A stretch of DNA of 64,000 bases. It comes from Candidatus Zhuqueibacterota bacterium. GTDB taxonomy: Bacteria > Zhuqueibacterota > Zhuqueibacteria > Residuimicrobiales > Oceaniaggregativiventaceae. Each line of letters opens with the position of its first letter. The stretch's first letter is position 1. The notes below the pieces were generated by a model. The model saw nothing but the letters and a program-made list of their open reading frames with translations. It was not told where the DNA came from and searched no databases. The translations under genes were made by a program, and so were the position numbers. The stretch covers positions 21,045 through 85,044 of the forward strand of contig WJMF01000055.1 in NCBI GenBank assembly GCA_014728085.1, read 5' to 3'. This document shows, one piece after another, positions 27,750 through 37,088 of this stretch.

Positions 27750-29267
27750 CTAGCCACCCTCGGTCAATGAAATAGGTTTATAGCCGCCTTTAGAACGGAA
27801 ATAAAGAATGAGTATCAGATAACAAAGCAGCATAATGGCGGGGAAAAGAGCCACAGTCTGCAGGGCGTTCTTTTTAGCAGAGTTGACAATGGCTTTTACT
27901 TTGCTCTGTTTTTCCGGTGGTAACGCCTCGATTTTTTTGTGATCCAGGGGTTGGTATTCTCCAAAGATGCTGACCTTGGGCGCATCGACGATACGTTGGT
28001 GCAAGGCGGGATTTTTTGTGCGCAATTCCTGATCAATCTGATTATCCTGAATATTTCCCAGGAACGCAGCGCCAACAACGCCAACAGTGAGCATACCAAA
28101 CCCGGCAATGGTATTAATAGTCAGAGCGCCGCCTTTTGGAAAGCGTTCTGCAACGATACCGAGCATGGTTGGCCAGAACAGGGACTTGCCAAATCCATAG
28201 ATGGTGGCCGCGACGAAAACCATGATACCGGCGGTTTTTGAAAGGGTTACCAGGCCGACAATAGCGATAAACGAACAAACCGCCAGGGTGCCCAGGGGCG
28301 TCAATCTGTGAACGATCGGACCGGCAGCAAAGCGAACAACCATCATGATAAAGGAGGTATAGACCAAAACCCAGCCGGCCTGCAGGCCGATATCCGTCAT
28401 GATCGGCTTTACCAAATCGGTGATCCAGCTATCGGTTCCGAGTTCGGTAGTGGCCAGCGGAATCATGATGAGCAACAGAATAACAAAAAGCGGTCTGCCC
28501 AGGGTACGGACATACAGTCCGTAACCGAGAACCAGGACAGCGGCGATAATAATTTGCAGCGTCAGGGACATTTGAAATACGCGTCCGAGTTCACGAATAA
28601 TCATGATGGTGATAATTGCGGCTCCGAGAACACCGGCTTCCTGCAACATTGCTTTATAGGAAACGCCGGCTTTAACGCGTTCATGAACAGGGAATTTGGT
28701 TCTCAGCATCATGAGGCCGTAAACAACTGCAGGAATAAAAATAAGTGCGACTTTCCAGCGCCAGTCCACCCCCGGCCCCATGACCAGGGTGATCAATCCG
28801 CCCAGGACCAATCCTCCCGGCCAGCCGGCATGCAAAATATTGAGCCATTTGGTTTTATCCCTGTGAAAGACGGTCGCGACAACCGGGTTGATCACGGCTT
28901 CGACCGCTCCGTTTCCCAGGGCGACGATAAATGTTCCGATATAGAGCATCCAGTATCCATTGGCAAAGATCGTCAAAATAGCGCTAATGATATGGCATGC
29001 AAATGCGAATATCATTGCCCTGCCGTAACCGATTTTATCGACGATAAAGCTGAAAAGGATAATGGTAATGGCAAAGGGCCACAATCCAACGCCGAGCAAT
29101 TCACCCTTTTGCGTTTCGCTGAGATTGAATTGTATCCCCCAGTCACCGATAATCTGCGTTCGAATAATAAATCCAAACGAGGTTGCGACCAGAGCGATAA
29201 AGCAAGCCCAGAATAACCATGTCGGATTTTCACCGGCAAACGCCTTTAATCCCTTTTTCTCTTCCAT
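27750..29267 (-). CDS. MFS transporter (sugar/oligosaccharide:cation symporter-like, 12 TM plus C-terminal extension)
   Basis: Twelve hydrophobic segments are visible, with an MFS-type loop between TM2 and TM3. It lies adjacent to the polysaccharide lyase. Confidence 0.8.
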   Translation of the reverse strand: MEEKKGLKAFAGENPTWLFWACFIALVATSFGFIIRTQIIGDWGIQFNLSETQKGELLGVGLWPFAITIILFSFIVDKIGYGRAMIFAFACHIISAILTIFANGYWMLYIGTFIVALGNGAVEAVINPVVATVFHRDKTKWLNILHAGWPGGLVLGGLITLVMGPGVDWRWKVALIFIPAVVYGLMMLRTKFPVHERVKAGVSYKAMLQEAGVLGAAIITIMIIRELGRVFQMSLTLQIIIAAVLVLGYGLYVRTLGRPLFVILLLIMIPLATTELGTDSWITDLVKPIMTDIGLQAGWVLVYTSFIMMVVRFAAGPIVHRLTPLGTLAVCSFIAIVGLVTLSKTAGIMVFVAATIYGFGKSLFWPTMLGIVAERFPKGGALTINTIAGFGMLTVGVVGAAFLGNIQDNQIDQELRTKNPALHQRIVDAPKVSIFGEYQPLDHKKIEALPPEKQSKVKAIVNSAKKNALQTVALFPAIMLLCYLILILYFRSKGGYKPISLTEGG

Positions 29268-29502
29268 AGGCTCCTCTCCCTATTTTAGTTGTTCATCCCG
29301 GCCGACATTATAAAAATAAAATGATAGTATTTATAATGAATAATAAAGTTTGCATCAATAATCAAGGAGAAACTGGAAAAATTTTCACTTTTTTTTGTCA
29401 GATAAAAGGAACAAGACAATAATTTCATTGTCATCCGGATAAAAACAAGAACGATACAATTCCTCACTTTATTAAAAGGCTGCATTTTGTTATATTGGTA
29501 TT

Positions 29503-31173
29503 ATGAAATTGGAAACCAAAAATAATCATCTCGATTTCTATATTATTGATGCTATCGGCCCGTTCTTTAAAAAGCAAAAGCGTACGGTAAACTGGTCGAA
29601 AATACCTTTTTTTGCCCTTGACAAGAAAGGAGAAATCAAAGCAAAAAGAATTGAAAAGATATTGAAACGGTTCCGACGTTTTGTTTCCAAATGTTCAGAG
29701 CTTGGTTATAACGCTATATCTCTGGATGACCTCGCCCATTTGGTTACTTTTGATTTTTATCCTGCCAGGCTGCAAAAGAAATTATCCATTTACAAATCCC
29801 TTTACTCCAAATTATTCGACCTGGCAATAAAAGAGGGATTATATATTTATATCAACACGGATATCATGTTTTTCAACCAGGCCATTTCAGATTACACCCG
29901 CAACAGGGAATCCAACATCATCGCATTGTTGAGTAAAGCCCTTGAACAGTTGTTTTGCAACTATCCGGTTAAAGGTGTCGTTTTTCGTATCGGAGAGAAT
30001 GACGGTATAGACGTTAAGGGAGATTTTATCAGCAGGCTATCCATAAAAACGCCCCGCCAGGCAAATCGCTATCTAAAGCAGCTGTTACCCATATTTGAAA
30101 TGCGGGATAAATTTTTAATTTTTAGAACCTGGACTGTGGGCATTCATAAAATCGGTGATTTGATGTTTAACCCCGTAACCTTTGCAAAAACATTTTCACA
30201 AATCGAGAGTGAACATCTGATCGTTTCCATGAAATACGGAGATACCGATTTTTTTGATCAACTCGACCTGAACCCTCTGATTATGAATTGTCCGCATAAA
30301 TTTATTTTGGAATTGCAAACCCGACGCGAACGTGAAGGCTTTGGTGAGCTGCCTTATTATGTCGGGTGGCAATATGAAAGGTATTTCAGGCAGTTGGCCG
30401 GGACAATCAATTTCACAGGTATCTCAGTCTGGTGCCAGACCGGAGGATGGAGCAAATGGCAAAACCTGACTTTCATTAAACGTTCATCGCCCTGGAACGA
30501 ACTGAATACGACCGCGGCCATAGAAATTTTTAAAAACGGATCCAGTGCAGATTCGGTTCTGCATGCCCTTTATAACAAACAAATAACCGACTTTATCACA
30601 TTATGTCATGAAACATTTACCAACATTATCTATATCAAGAATTTAAGCGTGATGACGCTATATCTGAGAAGACTGCGGCTGCCTCCCTTACTGTGGATTT
30701 ATTGGGATCATGTCATTATTAACCCGTTGGTTATGGCATTGTATAATTTTGTCGGCCATCAGGAGTTTTCCGTTCCCAGAGATGAGTTGAAAAAAATAAA
30801 AAAAATGGGTAAAAAATTGAACATCAGCAACATCGATTTCATATACGATACGCTGTTGATATTGGCAAAGTGCCATAGAGCAATTACACAAAAATACATC
30901 AATACAAAATTAATACACGAGATAGCAAAATATGAAAAAAAGTATCCGAACGGATTGGTATTTTCCGTAAGAACCTCACAACAAAATTTCGGATACACCA
31001 GGACGCTGTTTAAACTCTTTTTGCGAAAACAGGCAAAGTACCGTCCCCTGGATTATGTCTTGCTCTCGCCGCCGGCTTCATACCTCATTCGCTTACTGGT
31101 CAAATCACTCACCAAACACATGCCGGGTTTTGTCAACAAACAGGCCATGCCGATAGAGGAACTCTTTAAATAA
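29503..31173 (+). CDS. Hypothetical protein, 556 aa, AT-rich orphan with no recognisable family (possibly a cytoplasmic TIM-barrel glycosidase-like enzyme, judged only by context)
   Basis: This is a long uninterrupted ORF with strong K/I/N/F/Y bias and no signal peptide. Base composition is markedly more AT-rich than its neighbours. Confidence 0.6.
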   Translation: MKLETKNNHLDFYIIDAIGPFFKKQKRTVNWSKIPFFALDKKGEIKAKRIEKILKRFRRFVSKCSELGYNAISLDDLAHLVTFDFYPARLQKKLSIYKSLYSKLFDLAIKEGLYIYINTDIMFFNQAISDYTRNRESNIIALLSKALEQLFCNYPVKGVVFRIGENDGIDVKGDFISRLSIKTPRQANRYLKQLLPIFEMRDKFLIFRTWTVGIHKIGDLMFNPVTFAKTFSQIESEHLIVSMKYGDTDFFDQLDLNPLIMNCPHKFILELQTRREREGFGELPYYVGWQYERYFRQLAGTINFTGISVWCQTGGWSKWQNLTFIKRSSPWNELNTTAAIEIFKNGSSADSVLHALYNKQITDFITLCHETFTNIIYIKNLSVMTLYLRRLRLPPLLWIYWDHVIINPLVMALYNFVGHQEFSVPRDELKKIKKMGKKLNISNIDFIYDTLLILAKCHRAITQKYINTKLIHEIAKYEKKYPNGLVFSVRTSQQNFGYTRTLFKLFLRKQAKYRPLDYVLLSPPASYLIRLLVKSLTKHMPGFVNKQAMPIEELFK

Positions 31174-31399
31174 CAAAATTACCCCTGCTTTCGGTTTACT
31201 CGTTCAACACCATCAAATACCCGGATCCGTACCAAAACATTTTGATCAAACTGCAGCCTCTTCATACTCGCCCAAAACTTTATTTATTCTTCACAATAAT
31301 TTAACCGAAAATTAAAACAGAGTGGTTATGTTCCAATGAAGAGCAACGTCAAAAAAATAATCGACTTTTCGCATGAGAGAAAGAGGCTGTACACTGGAT

Positions 31400-31873
31400 A
31401 TGGTTCCGGAAAACGTTATTGGTAGAGTTGAACATATCGATAATGATGAAAGAATACAGAACCGCCTGGGAAAATTGGGATTTACCATCGGTACCCGCTT
31501 TATTATCAAGCGCAGCGGCATTGAAGGCGGTAAAATAAAGCTCACCTGCAACGATATCATGCTTACCATAAGCCGAACCGTTGCAAAGAAAATAACCATT
31601 ACAACAGAAAAAGTCTGCGAAAATATCACTCTGGATAAAGCTGAGGTTGAGGACTATGTAAGAATAGCCGCAATCGACACGGGGTGGGGTGTGACCTACC
31701 AACTAACGCAAGCCGGATGTCGAGTTGGTGATCTCATATACATTATGAAAAACAATGCAAGCGGAGGCCCCCTGGTGATCCGATATAAGGAAAATCCCAT
31801 CACCATCAGCCGCGGGGCAGCGAGAAAAATCGTCGTCGTTCCGAAAAAAAAGACAGAAAACCGGCTACAGTAA
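31400..31873 (+). CDS. Tandem FeoA-domain protein (two SH3-like FeoA repeats) with no adjacent feoB
   Basis: Each half matches the FeoA pattern: hydrophobic core, G...G turn, a C-terminal basic strand. Examples are VIGRVEHIDNDERIQNRLGKLGFTIGTRFIIKR and YVRIAAIDTGWGVTYQLTQAGCRVGDLIYIMK. I chose the internal ATG at 31400. Confidence 0.55.
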   Translation: MVPENVIGRVEHIDNDERIQNRLGKLGFTIGTRFIIKRSGIEGGKIKLTCNDIMLTISRTVAKKITITTEKVCENITLDKAEVEDYVRIAAIDTGWGVTYQLTQAGCRVGDLIYIMKNNASGGPLVIRYKENPITISRGAARKIVVVPKKKTENRLQ

Positions 31874-31895
31874 AAATAAAAGTCAAAACCGATAA

Positions 31896-32231
31896 CTATC
31901 TATCCCCGTACAATTTTTTGTTCTCCCGGTGACGTCGATCATCGCGTTTACTTTTCTTTTCAATATTTCTCTGCAAAGCACTGGTAAGATCAACCCCGGT
32001 TTGATTGGCAATACAGGTCACCACCCAGATGATATCCGCCAATTCATCTTCAAGCGTTGTGCCTTTATCAGAGGCTTTAAAGCTTTGCTCGCCATACGTC
32101 CGGGACATGATTCGGGCAAGCTCTCCAACTTCTTCGACCAGCTGTGCCAGATTGGTCAATTCCGAAAAATATCTCACACCAACGGTTTGAATCCATTTAT
32201 CGACATCTCTTTGATATTCTTTAATCGTCAT
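31896..32231 (-). CDS. MazG-like nucleotide pyrophosphohydrolase (YpjD family)
   Basis: It aligns closely to B. subtilis YpjD (EVDKWI...YFSPL...LTEEVGELAR...YGE...EELADIIWVVTCLAN). Confidence 0.8.
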   Translation of the reverse strand: MTIKEYQRDVDKWIQTVGVRYFSELTNLAQLVEEVGELARIMSRTYGEQSFKASDKGTTLEDELADIIWVVTCIANQTGVDLTSALQRNIEKKSKRDDRRHRENKKLYGDR

Positions 32232-32244
32232 GTATCGCCAACCC

Positions 32245-32952
32245 TTACGTTAGGATAAAATATTCACGTTTCAAGCGATCAAATGTATTTTCCGGAAATA
32301 AGCCCGGCAGTCTTGTTCCGACGGCCACAATAGAAATACCAATGACCTTTTCGCTTAGGCCGAACCCTTTCGCGAGGGAGACCGCTCCTGACACCAATAG
32401 TTCCGCCCCCAGCATCAGAAACACCAGGCCGGCCAAAATCAACCCGGCATCCATCCACGCGCTTTGAAGCCGTTTAATCTCTTCAAATGACGAATCGGAT
32501 TTGGTTTTCCGGCTTTGGCGAATATTATAAAAAATATAAATCACCAGCAAAACAACCAAAACAAAACCTTCCAACCGTCCCAGGGTTTGATTCCACAAAA
32601 ACAGGGAAGCCAATACGGTAACGACTATAAGGATGGGAACCTGCACCTGGACAACGCGCAAATGGATACGCAGCGGTTGAACCACGGCTGCAAGTCCCAA
32701 TATAAGACCGATATTGCCTAGATTTGACCCGAGTACATTACCCACCGTTATTTCACTGCTCTGAATCCAGGCAGCTTTTAGACTCACAACGAGTTCAGGA
32801 CTGCTGGTGCCAAAAGCGACAATGGTCAATCCGATAATGAGAGGACTTGTGCCAAGACGGGCAGCCGCAGATGAACTGCCGCGCACCAAACCCAGAGCGC
32901 CAGCGAAAAGACAAAAAAGGCCTGTAATAAGAGATCGTATTGGAAGAATCAT
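32245..32952 (-). pseudogene. Truncated Ca2+/cation antiporter (CaCA/YrbG family), 3' end missing
   Basis: The first alpha-repeat GTSSPELVVS is intact. The second repeat begins AVGTRLPGLF and then diverges into non-homologous sequence, stopping about 100 aa short of the normal ~320 aa. Confidence 0.55.
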
Positions 32953-32998
32953 TATTCTATACTTACAATATGGATTCCGATGATCGAATGATGCGTTG

Positions 32999-33334
32999 CT
33001 AGTTCTTTTTAGATATTAAAAAATTAAATAACCGGGTTTCCTGCCGCAATTGCGGAATATCACTCTCAGCGACAACGCCGACGTTCTCGATTGTATAAAA
33101 GGCTTTGGGATTGTATTTCTTAACCACATTGATAAACGACGATATACTTTTTCGCTTAACAATAGCGTAAAGCCAGATCAAAATTTCAAAAAACCCAAAC
33201 AGAGCGGCAAGGTATTTCATGTTTCGGGATATGAAAATAATCCGAATCGTGCCGATGCTTACATCGATGACCCTGGCTGCAAAGATCAAAATGGGCAATA
33301 AAAAACCGCTGGTGGCAATGACGTGTAAATCCAT
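32999..33334 (-). CDS. UPF0316/DUF2179-like membrane protein, N-terminal part only
   Basis: LIFAARVIDVSIGTIRIIFISRNMKYLAALFGFFEILIWLYAI resembles B. subtilis YebE. At ~111 aa from the MDLH start it is shorter than the typical ~170 aa. Confidence 0.45.
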   Translation of the reverse strand: MDLHVIATSGFLLPILIFAARVIDVSIGTIRIIFISRNMKYLAALFGFFEILIWLYAIVKRKSISSFINVVKKYNPKAFYTIENVGVVAESDIPQLRQETRLFNFLISKKN

Positions 33335-33335
33335 G

Positions 33336-33944
33336 TTAGTATCCCAATTCTCCATGCAATTCGTTTGAAAACCTATTAAAGGGAGGGCTCTCCAGTGAAC
33401 AAGCCTCCGGATTTGAATCCGATCCAAAGTGCTGATAAAACAATAATTGATGGTGAAAATCATCCGAATTACCCCCATTGGAACAACGAATCATGCTGAG
33501 GATATACTCGCTGACGCTATCAACACCATCAAACTGCACCGATACCGGTATGTCTCGATCGAGCAAATCGGACGGCATCACCAGGTCATTGACCCGCGAT
33601 TCCGGAATACGGGTTACGTCCGAGGCCACCTGCAGTTCATAGGTAACCAGAGAACCGGGTGCATGCAATGTACACGGCGGCATAAAAAATCCGGTACCGG
33701 GAATGAGCTGATAAGCAGGGGATAATTCGGTCAAACGATTATCCCCCTTAAAGTAATGCTGCAAATATTCGAGTATTTTCTCATCATCGATTCCGGCATG
33801 TATCTTCCCACCCCGGGTATTGTAATAACACAATCCCGTTTGAGACTGCATAAACAACAGCCGATTGAATAGTTGCCTTGCATAAGCAACTGACATAGAA
33901 TTCCGCATCAAAAGCGGATAAAAACGCTTCATCCAAGTCATCAA
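33336..33944 (-). pseudogene. Cupin fragment resembling the C-terminal half of type I mannose-6-phosphate isomerase, with the N-terminal zinc-binding half absent
   Basis: LIPGTGFFMPPCTLHAPGSLVTYELQVASDVTRIP follows the PMI pattern L..GEA.FL.A..PHAY..G...E.MA.SDNV.R. There is no QxH zinc motif and no room upstream for the missing half. Confidence 0.3.
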
Positions 33945-34026
33945 TATATATTGATGACATTACGGCGATAGGCCCGCTTGTACCATCCCGGAGCCATTGT
34001 AATTCTCAATATGAGTGAGAATTATA

Positions 34027-34566
34027 TCACGTATTTACAATACCCAATCGATAAGGACCCTCAACAGCAAGGGCCTCGTATCCTTTTTCTTCACCGACGA
34101 TCAGCAGCGGCTTTTTCGGATGTTCATTAAGCCAGGCAGCTTTAACTTCACCAACAAAGACAGTGTGATCGCCGCTATCCACCTGACCGTAAAGCTTGCA
34201 TTCAAAGCTGGCAATGCATTTCTCAATCAGAGGCGCTTTAACGAATGATCCCGGTTTTTTGCTGAATCCGCAAAGTTCAAAGCGGTCCTGATCGTTGCTG
34301 GAAGGCATACCACAGTCAAGTGCCTCTTTTGCCAGATCTGCACCGGGCACGGCAACGACAAACTCGCCGGTTGCAGAGATGTTCTGATGTGTTGTCCGGT
34401 TTTTACCCACTGCAATCGCCAACATCGGCGGCTTGAACGAGGCGCGCATTTTCCAGCCTGCTGTCATGACAAAAGGATTGCCTTCCTCATCACAGCTGGT
34501 GACCAAAACGATTCGTTCGGGCTTACTCCAATATTGCATCGCCTCTTTAAAAGAGACCTGTTTCAT
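34027..34566 (-). CDS. Flavin reductase-like FMN-binding split-barrel protein
   Basis: The product is Flavin_Reduct-like (VLVTSCDEEGNPFVMTAGW, VAVP). A strong AAGGAGG RBS lies 6 nt before the ATG at 34566. Confidence 0.75.
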   Translation of the reverse strand: MKQVSFKEAMQYWSKPERIVLVTSCDEEGNPFVMTAGWKMRASFKPPMLAIAVGKNRTTHQNISATGEFVVAVPGADLAKEALDCGMPSSNDQDRFELCGFSKKPGSFVKAPLIEKCIASFECKLYGQVDSGDHTVFVGEVKAAWLNEHPKKPLLIVGEEKGYEALAVEGPYRLGIVNT

Positions 34567-34697
34567 ATTAACCTCCTTGATGTACATTAAATTATCAAAA
34601 TTTTTTAATTTTGCAAATTATTTATTATTGCTATATTAACAGAAAAAAAAGGCAAAACATTTCCACCGTAAGCGGCTATTTGGTTCAAACGGAACAG

Positions 34698-36134
34698 ATG
34701 ATGAACGACACCTCACTTTTCCATTTTTTACAATCCATTTATGAAACCGGACTGATGCAGCAACGCAATCGCTACTCTGATTTAATTAAACAGAGCCGGC
34801 GCATTCCTGATGGCGACCGCTATATCGTGCGGGCGCCGGGAAGGGTCAATCTTATCGGTGAACACACCGATTACAATGGATACCCGGTTCTGCCCATGGC
34901 CATAAACCGAGATATCGTTTTAGTAGGCGTAAAACGCTCAGACCGTGTGATTACCGTTCATAACAGCGACGATCGTTTTCCCACCGTTACCTTCTCTCTT
35001 GAAAAACCGCTCAAAGCCGACAGAGCCGGAACATGGAGCAACTATGTGAAAGCGGCCATCAATGAACTGATAAAAAATATGCCGGCGGCCACAGGATTTA
35101 CGGCATGGACCGATGGCACCATTCCACCTGCTGCCGGTTTGTCGTCTTCCTCTGCCCTGGTGGTTGGCGCGGCCCTTATGTTTATGAAAATAAATGCTAT
35201 TCAAATCGAGGATATGGACCTGGCCGAGAGACTGGCAAAAGCTGAACATTTTGTCGGTACAGCCGGTGGCGGCATGGACCAGGCGATTTCACTCATGGCA
35301 CAAAAAAATCACGCCCTGAAACTGGATTTTTTTCCCCTGCGCTATAAAACTGTTTCCGTACCGACGGATTACAGGGTTGTTATCTGTCATTCCCTTCTGG
35401 ATGCCCCTAAAACAGAGCAGGCCAGACGGGAATACAACCGCCGGCCGGTTGAATGCAGGTTGGCAACCGCATTGATCGCCGCGGAACTCTGCAGAGCCGG
35501 CTTTTCTCCCAACAATCCGCAACGGCTGGCGGATGTTGACAACGACCACTTGCCTCTGGATAAAAAACAATATCAAAAAATAGTCGGGCAGGCGCTTTTA
35601 CCGGCTTCTCTGGATTGGAAAACTCTGAGCCGGCGCCTCTCCCTTTCAAAAGAAGAAATTGCGACAAAGTGGTCGATACCGGATGAATGGATCGATCAGC
35701 CGCCGGCAGGAGGCTTTAAATGCTGGAAACGCTATCATCATGTCATCAATGAAGCCCGGCGCGTGAACAAGGCCAGCAGGGCGTTGGCTGAAGGAGATAC
35801 TGAAAGCTTTGGCCTTCTAATGTACGGTTCGCACCAGAGTTGCCGGCGAAAATTCGAAATCAGCACCCCTGAACTCAATGCCCTGGTTGACATTGCATGG
35901 AAAAATGGTGCAATCGGAGCCCGGCTGACCGGAGCCGGATTCGGAGGATGTACGGTTCATCTCGTACGGCGCTCCATAAAGGAAAAATTTATGACTCGTC
36001 TTCTCGATGACTATTTTGCAGGCTATTTGCGAAAAAACCGGCCTGATCTGCTGGAAAAACATCCGAATTTTCATAATGCCGTGTTTACCACACAGGCTAT
36101 GGCCGGTGCCGGCTGTCTGAAAAGTACTGATTGA
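34698..36134 (+). CDS. Galactokinase-family GHMP kinase (long GALK2/N-acetylgalactosamine-kinase-like form)
   Basis: The galactokinase signature GRVNLIGEHTDYNGYPVLPMAI and the GHMP ATP motif PPAAGLSSSSALVV are present. I chose the start MMNDTS at 34698. Confidence 0.85.
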   Translation: MMNDTSLFHFLQSIYETGLMQQRNRYSDLIKQSRRIPDGDRYIVRAPGRVNLIGEHTDYNGYPVLPMAINRDIVLVGVKRSDRVITVHNSDDRFPTVTFSLEKPLKADRAGTWSNYVKAAINELIKNMPAATGFTAWTDGTIPPAAGLSSSSALVVGAALMFMKINAIQIEDMDLAERLAKAEHFVGTAGGGMDQAISLMAQKNHALKLDFFPLRYKTVSVPTDYRVVICHSLLDAPKTEQARREYNRRPVECRLATALIAAELCRAGFSPNNPQRLADVDNDHLPLDKKQYQKIVGQALLPASLDWKTLSRRLSLSKEEIATKWSIPDEWIDQPPAGGFKCWKRYHHVINEARRVNKASRALAEGDTESFGLLMYGSHQSCRRKFEISTPELNALVDIAWKNGAIGARLTGAGFGGCTVHLVRRSIKEKFMTRLLDDYFAGYLRKNRPDLLEKHPNFHNAVFTTQAMAGAGCLKSTD

Positions 36135-37037
36135 TCAGACGCCTCTCTTGATTTGCTGTAACCCTGCTTTCACGTCCAGGAGTTCAGTCCGAAGGTTCTG
36201 TTGCGCCCGTGATATATTAAAAGAGACATCAACCGGTCGTGGAGCGAATGACGCCGTATCATGCATAGAAGTGGATTGCAACAGATCGCTATTGTAATTA
36301 AAAACGTCGCACAGCGTCAGAGCGAAACTCAAACGATTACATCGTTCACTGCCGCCGAGATGAAGAATACCCCGGCAATCATTATCCGCCAGCTCCAGGA
36401 GCGCGGCAGCAAGGTTATCGACCAAAACAGGAGTCCGAAATTGATCGCGAAAAAGAGGAACCGGATCCCCCCGATGCAGCCGCTTTTCAATCCACATGGA
36501 AAAGGAAAAGCCGCCGTATTGCGCTCGTCCGTAAATGAGAGCGCTGCGGGCAATCAGAGCACCGGGACAGCGCTGCAGAACAGCCTCCTCTGATTCGACT
36601 TTGGAACGGCCATATACGGAGAGAGGCGAAACCTCGTCGCTCTCTTTGTACATCCCCTTTACCCCGTCAAAAACCATATCGCTGGAAATATGAATAAGAC
36701 GAGCTTTGTTCTGTTGTGCATACTCTGCAAACCATGACGGCGGTATAACATTGATTTGGGCCGTTTTCCCCGGTTCTTTCTCACAGGAGTCCAGGTTGCT
36801 GTTTGCTGCAGTATTCAAAATAGCATCTGGATTGACCGTTTTCAGCATGGTTTCAACCTCTTGCCGGTCAGTCAAATCACAGCGATATCCCTGCTTTTTC
36901 ATGATGTTAAATTCATGTTGAAAATAGTGCGGCACCACCTTCCAGCGATCCTGTTTTGCGGCGCGGGCAAAAAGATGCCCCCCGACAAGTCCGCTGGCGC
37001 CTGTTATCAACAGCTTTTTTTTTCTCATCAGGAACAT
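36135..37037 (-). CDS. RmlD-like NAD(P)H-dependent sugar nucleotide reductase (SDR, RmlD substrate-binding domain)
   Basis: LLITGASGLVGG is a Rossmann motif. The catalytic YGRSK pair is present. The overall fold is dTDP-4-dehydrorhamnose-reductase-like. Confidence 0.7.
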   Translation of the reverse strand: MFLMRKKKLLITGASGLVGGHLFARAAKQDRWKVVPHYFQHEFNIMKKQGYRCDLTDRQEVETMLKTVNPDAILNTAANSNLDSCEKEPGKTAQINVIPPSWFAEYAQQNKARLIHISSDMVFDGVKGMYKESDEVSPLSVYGRSKVESEEAVLQRCPGALIARSALIYGRAQYGGFSFSMWIEKRLHRGDPVPLFRDQFRTPVLVDNLAAALLELADNDCRGILHLGGSERCNRLSFALTLCDVFNYNSDLLQSTSMHDTASFAPRPVDVSFNISRAQQNLRTELLDVKAGLQQIKRGV

Positions 37038-37088
37038 GCCCGAAATTGTTGCGTATATTCTTTAATGTATTTTTTAGAGGGCCACACC

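Noticed and set aside
28308-29216. 302-aa ORF antisense to the MFS transporter
   Set aside because: The sequence is low-complexity and rich in D/N/G/Q, and it overlaps a confidently called membrane transporter. I judged it spurious.
36756-37088. Long N-terminal extension of the M23 peptidase ORF overlapping the RmlD-like gene
   Set aside because: The extension runs through the opposite-strand coding region. The true start is MRNTLLLISL at 37089, which has a signal/TM segment.
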